64,000 nucleotides of DNA from contig NW_005434653.1 of NCBI RefSeq assembly GCF_000315625.1, positions 1-64,000 on the forward strand. The letters are read 5' to 3'. The notes beneath the pieces were generated by a model. The model was not told where the DNA came from and searched no databases. It saw only the letters and a list, made by a program, of their open reading frames with translations. This stretch comes from Guillardia theta CCMP2712 (Eukaryota; Protista; Cryptophyta). Both the position numbers and the translations under genes were made by a program. Shown here one piece after another: positions 25,601 through 37,822 of this stretch. The stretch's first letter is position 1, and each line of letters starts with the position of its first letter.

Positions 25601-25683
25601 GCCAGCTGAATGTAACGGTAGTCAGCGTTGACAGCAATGCCGATGGGCGGGGATCAGGCTCACTCGCAGAGCAGGGAGATTAA
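22647..25683 (+). pseudogene. Patched/NPC1-family (sterol-sensing, RND-like) membrane protein, disrupted
   Basis: SSD motif FLLLGLGVDDSFVL and second-repeat LGIGFSIDNVAH. In-frame TAG at 23381 (KL*EEGFL, where W is expected). Frameshift and apparent loss of TM segments at ~23862-23870. Confidence 0.85.
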
Positions 25684-25848
25684 GAGTAGTGTAATCTATA
25701 AAGCCAAACCAGCACCACAACCTCCTCCTCTCTTCTCCTCTCCTCTCCTCTCCTTGTTCTTCTCTTCCTCTTCCTCCTCCTCCTATCCTCCTCCTTCTCC
25801 TCCTATCCTCTTCATCCTCATCCTCTTCCTCGGGCAACGCGAAAAAAA

Positions 25849-26845
25849 CGAGAGATCAAACAGTAAAATGTTGCCTCAAGAAACATGTCAAGGAGAAACG
25901 ATTGATACCTTTGATTGATAAATGGGTCGATCACATCAGCAAGATCTCGTATCGTGGTAGCCTTATATTCAATCACTGATCATGGTAGAAAAACAACCAA
26001 TTTCAGCATTTTGACTGAGTTTTGGCAATCCAACAAGTACTTGCACACATTGGAACTGAGTCGTATTAACGGTGACGCACATGCATTGACGTACGCTACA
26101 AACAAGTATGCAACAAATTTCACGACGTAAATGAAATTCACTGTCAATACACGTCAGATCAGGTATATTACGCTATTGGGCGATACAAAAAAACATGTTT
26201 TCTCAGACAAAAAGAACGACGAAATATTCGATATCAGAACAATGATCAATGGATGGAAATTCAACCCGAAACACACAAATATTACAGAAACAAACTGTTT
26301 TGGATTTCATCAATGAACAGAGAATCATCCTCGGACTAGAAGACACAAATGTCATAGTTACTTGGTCACGTGAACGGTTGAGAATGAACTCAACAGTCAA
26401 CAGTCACAAAGGAAAAAACGACAAACGAAAGGGCTTTGCGATGGATCGATAACCACATTATATGCTTTCGTTTCTTGAACACAGTGATGGTGAACACAAA
26501 AGAGTTCGTCACAATTGACATCAACGTCCTGTACGGTATGATGATAATTCAAGATTCATGGACGTATTCAAAGAGATGCAACAAGATCAGTTTCTTAATG
26601 TGTTCAGAATCGAAAGATACAACAAGCCAGGGAAGCAAGTTTCTTCGTTTCAAACCGATGGGGTAGCGTTATGTATCCACCTCAATATAGAAATAAGTGA
26701 CGGATCTTGGTGTGATCCCGAAAGGCCAGTGAAACAACAGAGGACAATCTCGAACAATCGAGCAAGTAGAGACTCAGACAGCGATCGCGTTATGTCGATT
26801 GATCCAGAGCGAACTGCTTTGATATGCGGGATTGTCGAAGAAACT
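25849..26845 (+). pseudogene. Fanzor1 (eukaryotic TnpB-like RNA-guided nuclease) relic, 3'-truncated
   Basis: Ordered motifs across broken frames: TVKCCLKKH...LIPLIDKWVDHISKISYRGSLIFN; GDAHALTYATNKYATNF...RQIRYI; FVTIDINVLY; FQTDGVALCIHL; RuvC-I-like VMSIDPERTAL. AT-rich, intronless, with several stops and frameshifts. Confidence 0.75.
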
Positions 26846-26946
26846 TTCAAACCAGGACGCACTTTTCTGTCAAGACATGTCGCGTCGACTCGTTTGAACC
26901 GTCCGGTCAATGTACTAATAAGTAACTGCTGCACTGCTCCTGATTG

Positions 26947-27106
26947 TCTTCGTACTGATTTTTAACTCAACTTTGAGTAAAGTGCTGTGGTTTACTCATC
27001 TTCTCAGTACGGCGCCCCGGGGTCCGACCGGCCGGGCAGAGCCGGCAGTCATCACCAGCCGCTGTAGGTCTTTACTCAAAGTTAAGTTAAAAAGTCAGTA
27101 CGAGGA
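26947..27106. mobile_element. MITE-like element with ~36-bp imperfect terminal inverted repeats
   Basis: 26947-26982 TCTTCGTACTGATTTTTAACTCAACTTTGAGTAAAG versus the reverse complement of 27070-27106. The same motif occurs at 22321-22360 and 59910-59944. Confidence 0.65.
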
Positions 27107-27549
27107 ATTCAGTAGCAGCGCTCAACCCGCCCGGTTGCGAGCAGAAGGGCATAGGGCCCGACTCGTTGGTGTCCTCTAGCAGAGAGAGTTCAAGGCAAGG
27201 AAGAGAGCACCTGAGAGCAGGTGTTGAGCGAGGGATCCAGAGACCAGCATAACACTGACAAGCCAGCAAGGAACAAGGCCCAAAAGAAACATTGGCAGAT
27301 ACCTCAAGGCAGAAATTGTTTTGCACTCAAAAGATCAGGGATTGCATATTTTACCTCGTTACCACGCAGAATCATTGTTTCAGAGGTTACCTTGCACTTG
27401 TCAAATGAGTTTTTCCCGATCATGCATGCAAGGCCAGCCGTGAAATTAGCGATCGTGGTTTGCTTTTCGCTCCGGTACGATTCAGGTCTGCAATCAAAAA
27501 CGTTAATCTCCGACACAATTCAGTTCCATTAAGAACCAAATCATTCAAA

Positions 27550-30500
27550 ATGAATGTCGAAAAGATCACCGAAGAGCTGCAAGACCATCGTGAATACATT
27601 TTGAAAACTCTAGTTGCGGTAGAGCACACCGAGGCAGAGCTTCAAAATTCACTGTCTCATGTAAATTCTCTAGCAGGTGATTTATATTCAAAAATTTCAA
27701 TCTTGGAACAGGAGAGCAAAGAAAAAGATCTTGTGATTCATAGCTTACAAAACTCCCTCTACTCCTTGGAAACAAAATTTGAATTTTTCCAGCAGAAATT
27801 ATCTCACAGATCGCAAAATGTCGACGATTTTACGGCTGAATCAAAACATCAAGGTACACTGCTTCTGTAGTTTTCAAATTGCTAATGAAATATGTAGAAC
27901 AAAGCTTGAAATGCGAGGTGAAAGCTGAGATCGAAGCTTTGTTCAAGGTGAGCTTACCTTGAGACGTCTCATAATGAATTTCTCTTATCAGGGAGAGATG
28001 ATGATTTCACAAAGACTGCAAAAGATCGAAAAACAGCTGAATCAGACCGCTTCACCTGAAAAAGGAATCGATCAGCAATTAGATGCTTCTGGGTTAATTG
28101 AGAATTTGAAATCGAAGATTTTGTCATTGGAATCAATGATCTCTGAAGTTGAATGGATCTTCAAGATGCCTGATGTCGGTCTGCAGTCCGTCGGTACCAT
28201 GATCTCTTTCTGCAAAGATAAGCTCGAGGAACACGATAAAGAGCTCCTGTTAATGCGTGCCTCTCGGACTGCTGAGCTCTCGTACGAGGACAAGATATCA
28301 GATCAACTTGCCGAATTAAGCCAAAAACTTCTTGATCATGGAGATTTGATGCAAAAACAAGATCTGAGGCTCTCCGGCAACGTGGAACATACGAAGAAGC
28401 TTGAGTTCGAATTGTCGCAGCTGATGCAGCTCTTTGGCAGGGTTGACAATTGTGAGTCCATGTTGGCAAAGCATCAAACCACAATCCCTTCAATGGGAAG
28501 TCAGTTAGAAAGTTTCATTCAGGCATTGCAGGATATGCAAAGTAAGATGGAAATGATTCATGTGAAAGAACCTTTCTCAGCACCGTCCACTAAGGGTATG
28601 AATCTAGGTTTGTTCGATGCTGAATCTGAAGGAGAAAGTGAGCTTTCACTGGATGATAGATTGTCTAGCATCGAGAATGCTTTGATATTGTTACTTGAAG
28701 CGCCAGAAGTCTCTGAGACAGATATCGTTTTGCCTGAAGGAAAACAATTCTCCTTACAATCCTCACCCATTGATGAGAATAAGACGATGCTTCAGAAAAG
28801 CACAAAAACATTGAAAGGACCGGTGAAGACTCTGTTTGACCATATAGCACGTATTGAAGAAGTCTCTCGCATTCTTTGTCACCATGGTACGGCAATCAGA
28901 ACCATTCAAAGCAATCAGGCTAGTTGGAAAGAGATGACGATGAAAGTCACCGACTGCATCTCTTTGGTGTCTAGTCTGGTTTCAGACATAAAGATTCTGA
29001 GACATGGAGATGGGTCTGAGAATCAGATTCGACTCGAAGGACCTCTGCTGGTCCCTTCATACCAGGATGCCAACATTGATATCGCGGCGTTGAATTTCAA
29101 GTTGAATCAAATCCAAGAGATCCTTGACATTTCTTCCGATGAAGAGAAAATTGCTACTAGTCTTCGATTGAATACCTTGAATGAGGCAGTCGGACATCAA
29201 CAGAAGGTAGTCGACAAACTGAATGAGGACTTGAAACGATGGAGTTGCTCGCTGGAGAAGACATTAGAAGTTGCAAATGAGGCATTCGGAGATAAAACAC
29301 CGTTTGCAATTCGGAGTTACGTGGACTGCATAGAGGAAGACGTCAAAGACTGCCATCTCTCCATCACAAGAGTAAAAGAGGAACTCTTACAATCGCAAAA
29401 CAATTTCGAGTTACAACTTTATGCGCTTGAACAAGAAGTGTCTCAAAAACAAGACGCTTTTGTTGATGATTTTGAAACATTGAAGTCTGCTCAAGATGAT
29501 CTCAGTAATCGATTTGCAGAATTGAGATTGTGGGCTGAAAGGTCGTTTTCTGAAATAGCCTTGAAGCTTGCACGCGTAGAAGAGGCGGCCGATGGTTCAC
29601 GTCATCCTGTCGCGGAGTTTGTTGACAGCTCTAAATCAGAAGATGTCAACAACAGTCTAATTTTAGTTGAGAATCCGGCAACAAAGCCAGAGTTTCCTCT
29701 TCGTGTGGATGATGCTATATTGCAAAGCATTTGTAATCGCATCGCATCCTTAGAAAACACATGTTTTGAAAATCAGATGAATCAACAAGCTGACGATGAC
29801 GTGTCAGCTAATTCGATGGAGTCCGGCGATGAATCACCAACCTCTCGTTCTGAGTCAATCAGCTACAATGCCCGCACGTTTTCAAGCCGAATGAGTCAAA
29901 GTTCTATCCTAAGAAAGCTGCGCGAAGACGTTCGGGAATTGAAGAGAAGTCAACAATCGTTGAGTGAGCAAATGCGAGAAGATCTCGATCGCACGTATGT
30001 CACCCCTGAGGATCTCCTTGCCGTGGAGCACTCGTTGCATGATGCCCTCAAAGCCTATGATGATGCTCTTGCAGATATTCGTGCTGCGTTCAATGACAGG
30101 GAGGACAAGAAGGCACCACCATCAGCTCTTGCAATCTTGCAGGAGATACCTCGTGTGATTGATGTCATTGAAGAGCTCATCACAGACATGCGAATCAGTT
30201 TAACATCAAAAGCTCTGCAATCTCAATCGGAGAGCAATCAGGCGATTGAAGAACGATTTGCGGACAAATTTCAACTGATGCAACAGAGAATGGACATGTT
30301 AAATGCGGATACAGAAGAGATGGGTGTAGAACGCGAGAACTTGCGAAGCCTGGAGAATTTGATTATTGAGTTAGAAGGAGCAATGGAAGCGCGAGAAACT
30401 GAAAATGCGTTCCTGGATGAGCGAGTGGAGAAAGTCGAGCGAATGAACGCGGACCTATGTACACGGGTTGTAACCTTGGAAGAAAAAGCAATGAGAGTCG

Positions 30501-30877
30501 AAGACTTTGAGCTCTTCAAATCTGAGATCTCTCGCGATACTCCTTGGTTCAGCTCTTTAGATTCTCCCTTGATTGACAGAAACAAGAATAGATCACCAGA
30601 GCAAGAAACCGAAACCGGAGCCAGTCACAGCGCAAGCCGCATCAAAGCGCTAGCAGCAAGAGTCAGGGGCGTGACTATGTCGCTTTCCGAGCGTGGGCAG
30701 GATTCCTCCCAAGATCGTGCCCAAGCCGATGATCGGCGGTTGCTGGCGGAAACAGCTGCGGAGATTCAGCAGTGGGAAATTCGAACGTTGAAAGAGCAGG
30801 AAACCTCAGAAACCATGGAAGCTGTAACGACAAGGCAGAATGAAGCAAGAGATTCGGATCAACTAGAGTTTGTATAG
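27550..30877 (+). CDS. Large coiled-coil protein of unknown function
   Basis: ~960-codon terminal exon rich in E/L/S/Q with heptad character, plus two short upstream exons. Confidence 0.8.
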
Positions 30878-30989
30878 GGCATTGCATGCACGCTTTTTAT
30901 AGCTAAGATGTTTTACAATCGTTTCATCTAATTTGTTCAGCTACAATCTTTTGAACATATGTACACATCAGTTTGAACACAATTGGCGT

Positions 30990-32415
30990 CTAAGGACGCC
31001 AAAGAATCAGATCTTGTGTGTTGCGTGCACTCCGTGCCAGTACTTCATCCTGTAGTGATACCATGAGATTGCGGACAGCCAATTTCAAAAGCGAACCTGC
31101 GACTGTCTGAGCTGAGAGAGGACGGGTAGGGCACCGTCGAAGGACGAGCGATATTTGTCCTGCGGAGAGCAGTGAGGAGCTCATTACAGACAAGAGGCGG
31201 CGAACTTCGTTGGGCGTCGATAGCAGTTCTCTCTTGTATTCGGCCAGAACTCCGAGGCACCGCACAGACAGCAAGACAACCTGGGAAGAGGTTAGTGCAG
31301 CCTCCACCTCACGTTGGCTCTTACTGAGAAGTTCTCGTCTGAAAGAAGACCCACAAGTTTCTCCACAGCTCCCAACTCGAACGCAAGCTTCTTTCCCTGT
31401 TGCTGCATCAGTCCCTCGCGCTCTTGTGCGCGCCCGAGGTCACCTCGACTGAGACGGCAATGGACGCGACGGCCGCAATGGCAGAAGCTCGAACCAACCA
31501 GCTGTCGTGGAGGGTGAGGTCCACAATGCGAGGCATACATCCCTGACAGCGAGACGTGTAAGAGATTTCAAAAGAGGAAGGAGATTTCAAAAGAGAAAGG
31601 AGATTTCACAAGAGAAAGGAAACAAGAAGCAGAACCTCGGCAATCGCCTCAAGCTTGGCAGACTGACTGAGCGTAAGGTAAGTGATGTTCTTGAGGGCAT
31701 GCTGCAGAATCGATGGGTCCTCGCTCGAGATACATGTCACCATTGACCCGATCGCCTTGCACTCCAACGCATCTGAAAGTCCTTGCATGCACTGCAAACA
31801 GCACTTGAGCGATTGGACAGCGTCTGCTGTCGGACTATGCTTGCACACAGCAACAAGCATCGCTGTGCCCCCGGCATCCACGATAGCTTGAGAGCCTTCG
31901 GGCAGATCTCCTATAAGTTGGAGGCATTTGTGGGCGTATCTCCTTGCTGGTAGTGACGCCACGTCCTGCATGACTACAAGAAGCTGCTTGATGGTGCCGA
32001 CTTGCAGCATCTTGCCAACCCCCTCCGACACACTCGCAAGCAGTGAAAGAACCTGCGCAGTCTTCTCGCGGGTGACCGGGTCCTTGTCTGATAGTAGTTG
32101 AGTTAAGATTTGAATGCAGTCCACCTCAGACTGTGAAACTTTATTCTTGGGATGGGCCATTAGCCAACGAGACATGCTGCCTAGCGTTTCTCGTCTCGTC
32201 TCGACGTCCTCCTCGAAGAGTTTCTCTGTGAACTTGTGCGGAGCTCTGGCCAGAAACGCCACAGAAACTTTTCCTGACGATGTCTCTTGGAGGAAAGGTC
32301 GGACTTTGTGCGATTCAATTCTTCTGCAGTTGGCGGTAAATCCCTGCGGGTTTCCATAGATTTGATTTGGACGCTTGTCAACACCCCGTTCTTCTTCGCC
32401 CCACTGATAACCCAT
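30990..32415 (-). CDS. Armadillo-repeat protein, radial spoke protein 14/RTDR1-like
   Basis: FLARAPHKFTEKLFEEDVETRRETL start, ARM/HEAT-like repeats (LTQLLSDKDPVTREKTAQVL; VEKLVGLLSDENFSVRAN) and a C-terminal LILWRP. Confidence 0.7.
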
Positions 32416-32506
32416 CCTCCTGCTCCACGAGAAACAGATCAAAAAATACAAAACAACAATCCCCGATAAAAAAGACTCCCACGACTCGTTCTTTGCACGT
32501 CTGCCT

Positions 32507-32545
<39 letters not shown>

Positions 32546-33210
32546 CTTGAAAGCCTTCCTGTGTGGCATCATTGTCTTCTGGATTTACCCCTCAGCCTAT
32601 GTTGCTTCTCTCCTGCTCAAGTTCAGATCTTCTCCTCCTCTTGTCATGCCATGCTTCTACAGTTGTCAATCTGCCCCCCTGCCATCGTTCCCCGTGCATT
32701 GCCCTCCAACGGCTCCCCCCGCATCGTAAAAGTAACCACCCCTTGGCTCATATCAAAACCATACCACCCCACCCCAACCGAGAACCGTTCTTTACACTAT
32801 CCCTAGTTTTGTATAGCTACCCGAGATGATGGGGCTCAAGGAACGATGCAGCGAATGACCGAGCAGATTCAAGGGAGAGATGACGGCGTAGAGGAGGAGG
32901 AGGGAGAGGGAACGGCAGAGGAAGGCACGGGGAGTTCAAGCAACGAGGAGGAGAGGAACTGAGAAAGGCTGGGAGGCGAGGAGCAAGGAATGGTTTAGGA
33001 ATTTGAAGAGCGAGAGGTGGGAGGAGAAGGTGAAGCAAAGGGTTGATGGAATACTCGGGTAAAGATAGACGAAACAGGAAGCGAGGCATAAAGATAGAAG
33101 AGTTGGAAAAGATGCGCACGAGGTTGGAGTAGAAAATTATCTGTGTGCAAATCGACTTGAGGAGTGTAACGCGTGGATCATGCTCTCATCTATTCACATG
33201 TACGTTTCAG

Positions 33211-36200
33211 ATGTCCGGGAAGCCTATCAAAGATGTCTCGTCATTGAGCAACAGCTACCAGGTCCTTGAATTACATGAAATCCCATCGAGTACACTAACA
33301 TGACGACAGATAAAAAGTCATCACCTCCACTTGAAGCTCGGTTAGGTGTGCATGCGCCTCTATCGGGATCTGATGCCTTGCAGATGTAGACTTTTCAAAG
33401 TGCATCTTGACTGGCTTGGTTGAGCTTGACCTTGAGGCATATCACAACGTTCTAGTTGTATCGTTTGTTGATATCCTCTGCAGATGCTGGAGGACGGGGT
33501 AGACCAGGTTTGTCTCGATACTCGAGATCTGAACATCTCGAAGACCAAGATTGACGGTAGGTCTCTCTGGACACGTTGGCCATGCTGACAGTGAGTTTCA
33601 GGCAAAGATCAAAAGTTTCTCCTGGATGCTCCAAACGAAGCCTTTGGTTCGTGCTTGAAGGTAAAGATATGACGCACTTACACGTAGTGACGTCACCACC
33701 TTGGTTAGATTCGAGTTCCTCAAGAGCTGCAGCAGAACGGGAAACGATTCAAGGTAATGTATTCTTTTGCCCTTGCCGATCATGACATGTCGCGTGTAGG
33801 CTGAGGTTCATTACTCGACAAGCCAGTCCAGCACTGCATGTCAGGCAAGTAACAGTCATGTTTCCTCGGCCTTACGTTGTGATCACCATCATCCATGACA
33901 TGGAGGTTTGCAGTGGCTACCAGCTGCTCAGACTGCAGGTCAGCAACCGAAATTGTGAGCCCTTAGAGACTGACGTGACCGTGGGGCAGGCAAGAAGAAG
34001 CCATATCTCTTCACCCAGTGTCAGGCGATCCACGCTCGATCTCTCCTTCCATGCCAGGTAGACCGAAACGTCCTAAAGCCCTTGTGACGTCATCCTCAGG
34101 ATTGTCCTTCTGCTAAATGTACCTGGTCGGGTGCGCAGCCGCAAGTTTTGCTCATGTCGTTTTTCTCACCTGTCATTCGTTTCTCAGCTGTGATGTCTGC
34201 TCCTTCTTGGGCGACAGTCTTGATGTCAGCGATCTTGGTTGACCGTTCTGCATTCTGCTCATCCTCTGACCATCAAGCAGGAAAATAAGTCGGAGCAGGC
34301 ACAAAAGTGCGAGAAGAGTGCTGAAGCTAATCGGCTCATGAATTCGCGCAGACGAGTCTTCACATGGCGACAGTCAGTTCCGACATGTTCGTATCTCATA
34401 GCCATTGCGGTATCTCTAACGATCTCTGCGCCCCTGGCATCACGCTCTGTGCTTTCAGGTTGGAGATCTTGAGTCGCGAGAGATCAGCAGCCGCTGCCGG
34501 GTGTGGTCGGAGCCTTCCATGGTGGACAAGGTTCTCCCTCCTGCCCAGACTCTTCTGCTCCTGCTGCTAAAACATGACTCAATTTCAGGTTGCGAACGAA
34601 TTTGCCGAGACGGAGAAATTTCTGACGACTGCGGTCCTGGACTGCTGGTTTTGCTTGTGCGTCTCATGCCGCTGCAGGAGTCGATCACGTGCGAGTACCA
34701 GTGGGGAAGATACGACCTGCTCTGCCTTCCTCCTTCTTTCCCGTAGACCTGCCGCCCTCCTGCTCCACTCGAGTCTTTCACACCCTCAGCAGATACGGAG
34801 GGATGGAGAATCCGTGCCTGACGTTTGTCACCCCAACGTTGCTAGCCGGGGACCGCAGGTAAGTCCCCGTCAACCCCTCAATCAGGTCCGGTCGCCTGCT
34901 GACACCCTCTAGTCTCGCAGATGTTGTCGCGCATGAGATCGCGCACAGGCACTTGCGGTTGCCTCCTCCTGTCTTCTCACTTGCTCTCCAGCTGGACGGG
35001 GAACCTGGTGACCAACGCGACTTGGGAGCACTTCTGGCTCAACGAAGGGTGCGAACTACCTGGAAGTTTCCAGCTGACCCCGGGCAGGTGGACTGTCTGG
35101 CTGGAAAGAAGAATCATGATGAGGGTGCGAGGGTCCAAGGCAGGACCTAAAGGTCAAGCTCGAGAGCTGAAGTACAAGAATGTGCTGAGAGAAGGGCAGG
35201 AGATCCCAAGTACTTTGACTTCCTCGCTGATCTTGGTAAGGTGATGATGAAAGGATTGCTCTTGTCTAACCAGGTTCAGGATGGAAGCACCTGGCTGGAG
35301 ACGTCGAGCACTTCCAAGGTCCTCCAGTCTTACATGACTAGGGAGGTGACGACAGAAACAGAGATCGGTCAGTCCAGATTCACCAAGCTCGTGCCGGACC
35401 TGCAGGTTGCGACAAGCTGGAGCAGCGAATGATTTGATGACGTACGTAGGGGATCGACCCTGATGACGCCTTCTCCTCCGTACCCTACGAGAAGGTCCTG
35501 CTTGCTGCCCTTTGTCGACCTCACGGGATGCTTCAGGGGTTTAACCTGCTCTACTCGGTGCAGCAGAAGGTCGGCGACGAGGAGTTCGAGAAGTGAGAAG
35601 GAGAGGAGCGCGGAAGAGGATGACGAGTGTCACAGATTCGTCAAGGATTACATCAACACCTGGAAGTCCAAACTCATCACTTCGTTGCAGGTAGAGGGGC
35701 ATGCGAGGACAAATGGGACAAGTTGAGAGGGAAACAGGGGGAGGGAAGGATATGGCAGGCAGCTACAGTGATGATCTGTTTGGCAGTTCAAAGACTTTGT
35801 CATGAATTATTCTGCTCATTTCAAGAAGAAGCTTCAAGACTTTGACTGGTCAGTCTAGCATGAGCGTCCAAAAATTCACTCTCGGCTCGGCTAGGGATCG
35901 TTGGTTCTACGCCGAGGGCATGCCAGCTGACAAGCCCAAGTTTGACACGACCCTGTCAAAGGTAACGGCCGGGATGGCCGAACTCTGCGATGCTGACCTA
36001 CACTCCAGCTCGCGAATGACTTCGCGCACCGGTGGACGACAGCTGGGGCAGGAGCGGATCTGATACGCCTGAAGTCTGTCGGGTGACGTTGAGCTGCAGG
36101 CGAGATAAAGCCGACCTCAGAGGTGGGCAAAGAGATGCGAGCCGCCTGGAACTCGTGGACCTCTCAACAGCGGTGAGAAACAGAAGAAGCAGGAGGAGGA

Positions 36201-37271
36201 AAGCAGGAGGAGGAAAGCAGGAGATGGAAAGCAGGAGGAGGAAAGTTGAAGCAAGCGAGGAGATGAAAGTATTGTTGACTGTGCAGGTGTGAGCTTGGAG
36301 GCTAGTGGTTGTAAGAGGGTGATGTATAAGAATAGAAATCAGTTCTTTCTTGCAAGAAAGCAAGACTATGTAACACTGTTTGATATGTGACACTGTTTCA
36401 CAGTCAGTACATGCTGGATCAGATCCTGGAGAACTCAGAGAAGCAAAAGATGCCAATTGCAGTGCTGCAGGTGAAGCAAGAGCGAAGAGCAACGGGGAGA
36501 GGAGGAGAGGGACTGACGTGAAGGCAGGACATGGACGCTGTCTACGAGATCTCTATCACTAACAACGCTGAGGTTCGCTTCCGTTGGTGCACGCTCTGTC
36601 TTCGTTCCGGCGCGGACTTCATCGTCCAGAATGCCGTGAGCATGGTGACCTCGCAGGTGGAGGAGATTTGAGCTGATGTGAAAGACGTCTGACGTCGCAC
36701 GGGCAGGGGAGGATGAAGTTCACCCGCCCTCTCTACCGCGAGCTCCAGAGGAGGTGAAGGTTGGCGAGGAGGGAGGAGGGGAATGACAAGGATGCTAGCG
36801 AGGCTCGAGGAGCGCGAGACGCAGCCGTCCGCACCTTCTTGTCGACAAGCTTGTGAGATACTCGTGAGCTCATGTCTCCTCGCAGGAAGAACGTGAATTT
36901 CTATCATCCCATATGCCGCAAGATGGTGGCGCAGGACCTCAAGGTCGAATCTTGTCTCCTCTTGTTGATTCTCTCCTTGTTCTCTCCATTGAAACATGAT
37001 GCAGGTCAAGCAGAACAACAAGCAGGGCTGGTCCTGGCTGGGTGTCTCAGCCGTTACGATCTCTGCCTATCTTGTAAGTCCGCCTCCCGCCTCCCCTCGG
37101 ATCGCCCAAACTTCTTGGCATTCCCTCTCGCTCTCCTGCTCCCCGTTCTCCTCATCCCTCGCCTTCCCCCCACTACTTCTCCTCCACCTCCTCCTCCTCG
37201 TCACTCTGCTTCAGGTCTGGGCTGTCTGGAGGATTCGCTCTCGCAAGTGCCCCATCCCCTTCGTCCACTGA
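33211..37271 (+). CDS. LTA4H: M1-family zinc aminopeptidase, leukotriene A4 hydrolase-like (many micro-exons)
   Basis: [33 protein letters not shown]|[44 protein letters not shown] and HPICRKMV. Confidence 0.92.
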
Positions 37272-37822
37272 AGCATAGGATCGAGAGCGCGTAAGGACTG
37301 CATAAAGCAACTTCCTGAGCACACCTGGGCGGAGGGGCTCTTATGTGTTGGTGGTGGGGGAGGAGCAGGAGGAGCAAGGAGAGGACGAGGATGAGGACGA
37401 GGACAAAGGGGAGGAGGAGGAATGGAAGGGGGCCGAGGGGGTGGGGGAGGAGGCAAAGGAGGGGGGGGGGGGAGGTTGGGAGGGGGGGTTGTGGTGGTTG
37501 TGGAAGAGTCCTGATGTACATGTAGAAGAGTCTTGATGCATGTAGAAGAGTTTTGATGCTATGCCGTGCCGGAGCTCGGGTGACTTCGCTGCCACTTTGA
37601 ACAGAACGAGTGACAACGACTGAGCTGCTGAGTTGCAAACTCGCTCAAGATTGGAAGGACAAGCGGAGGGAGATACAATGTACAAGAATAATCAAACAAG
37701 AAACAAGATCGAGGGCTGTCACATTCTTCGACCCGCCAGTTCTATGAAGGCGCCATGATGCGACTCTGCAGTGAGCAAAGTCAGCAAGAGTCAGTTGCTC
37801 AACCATCCAGCACCTGCCCAGC

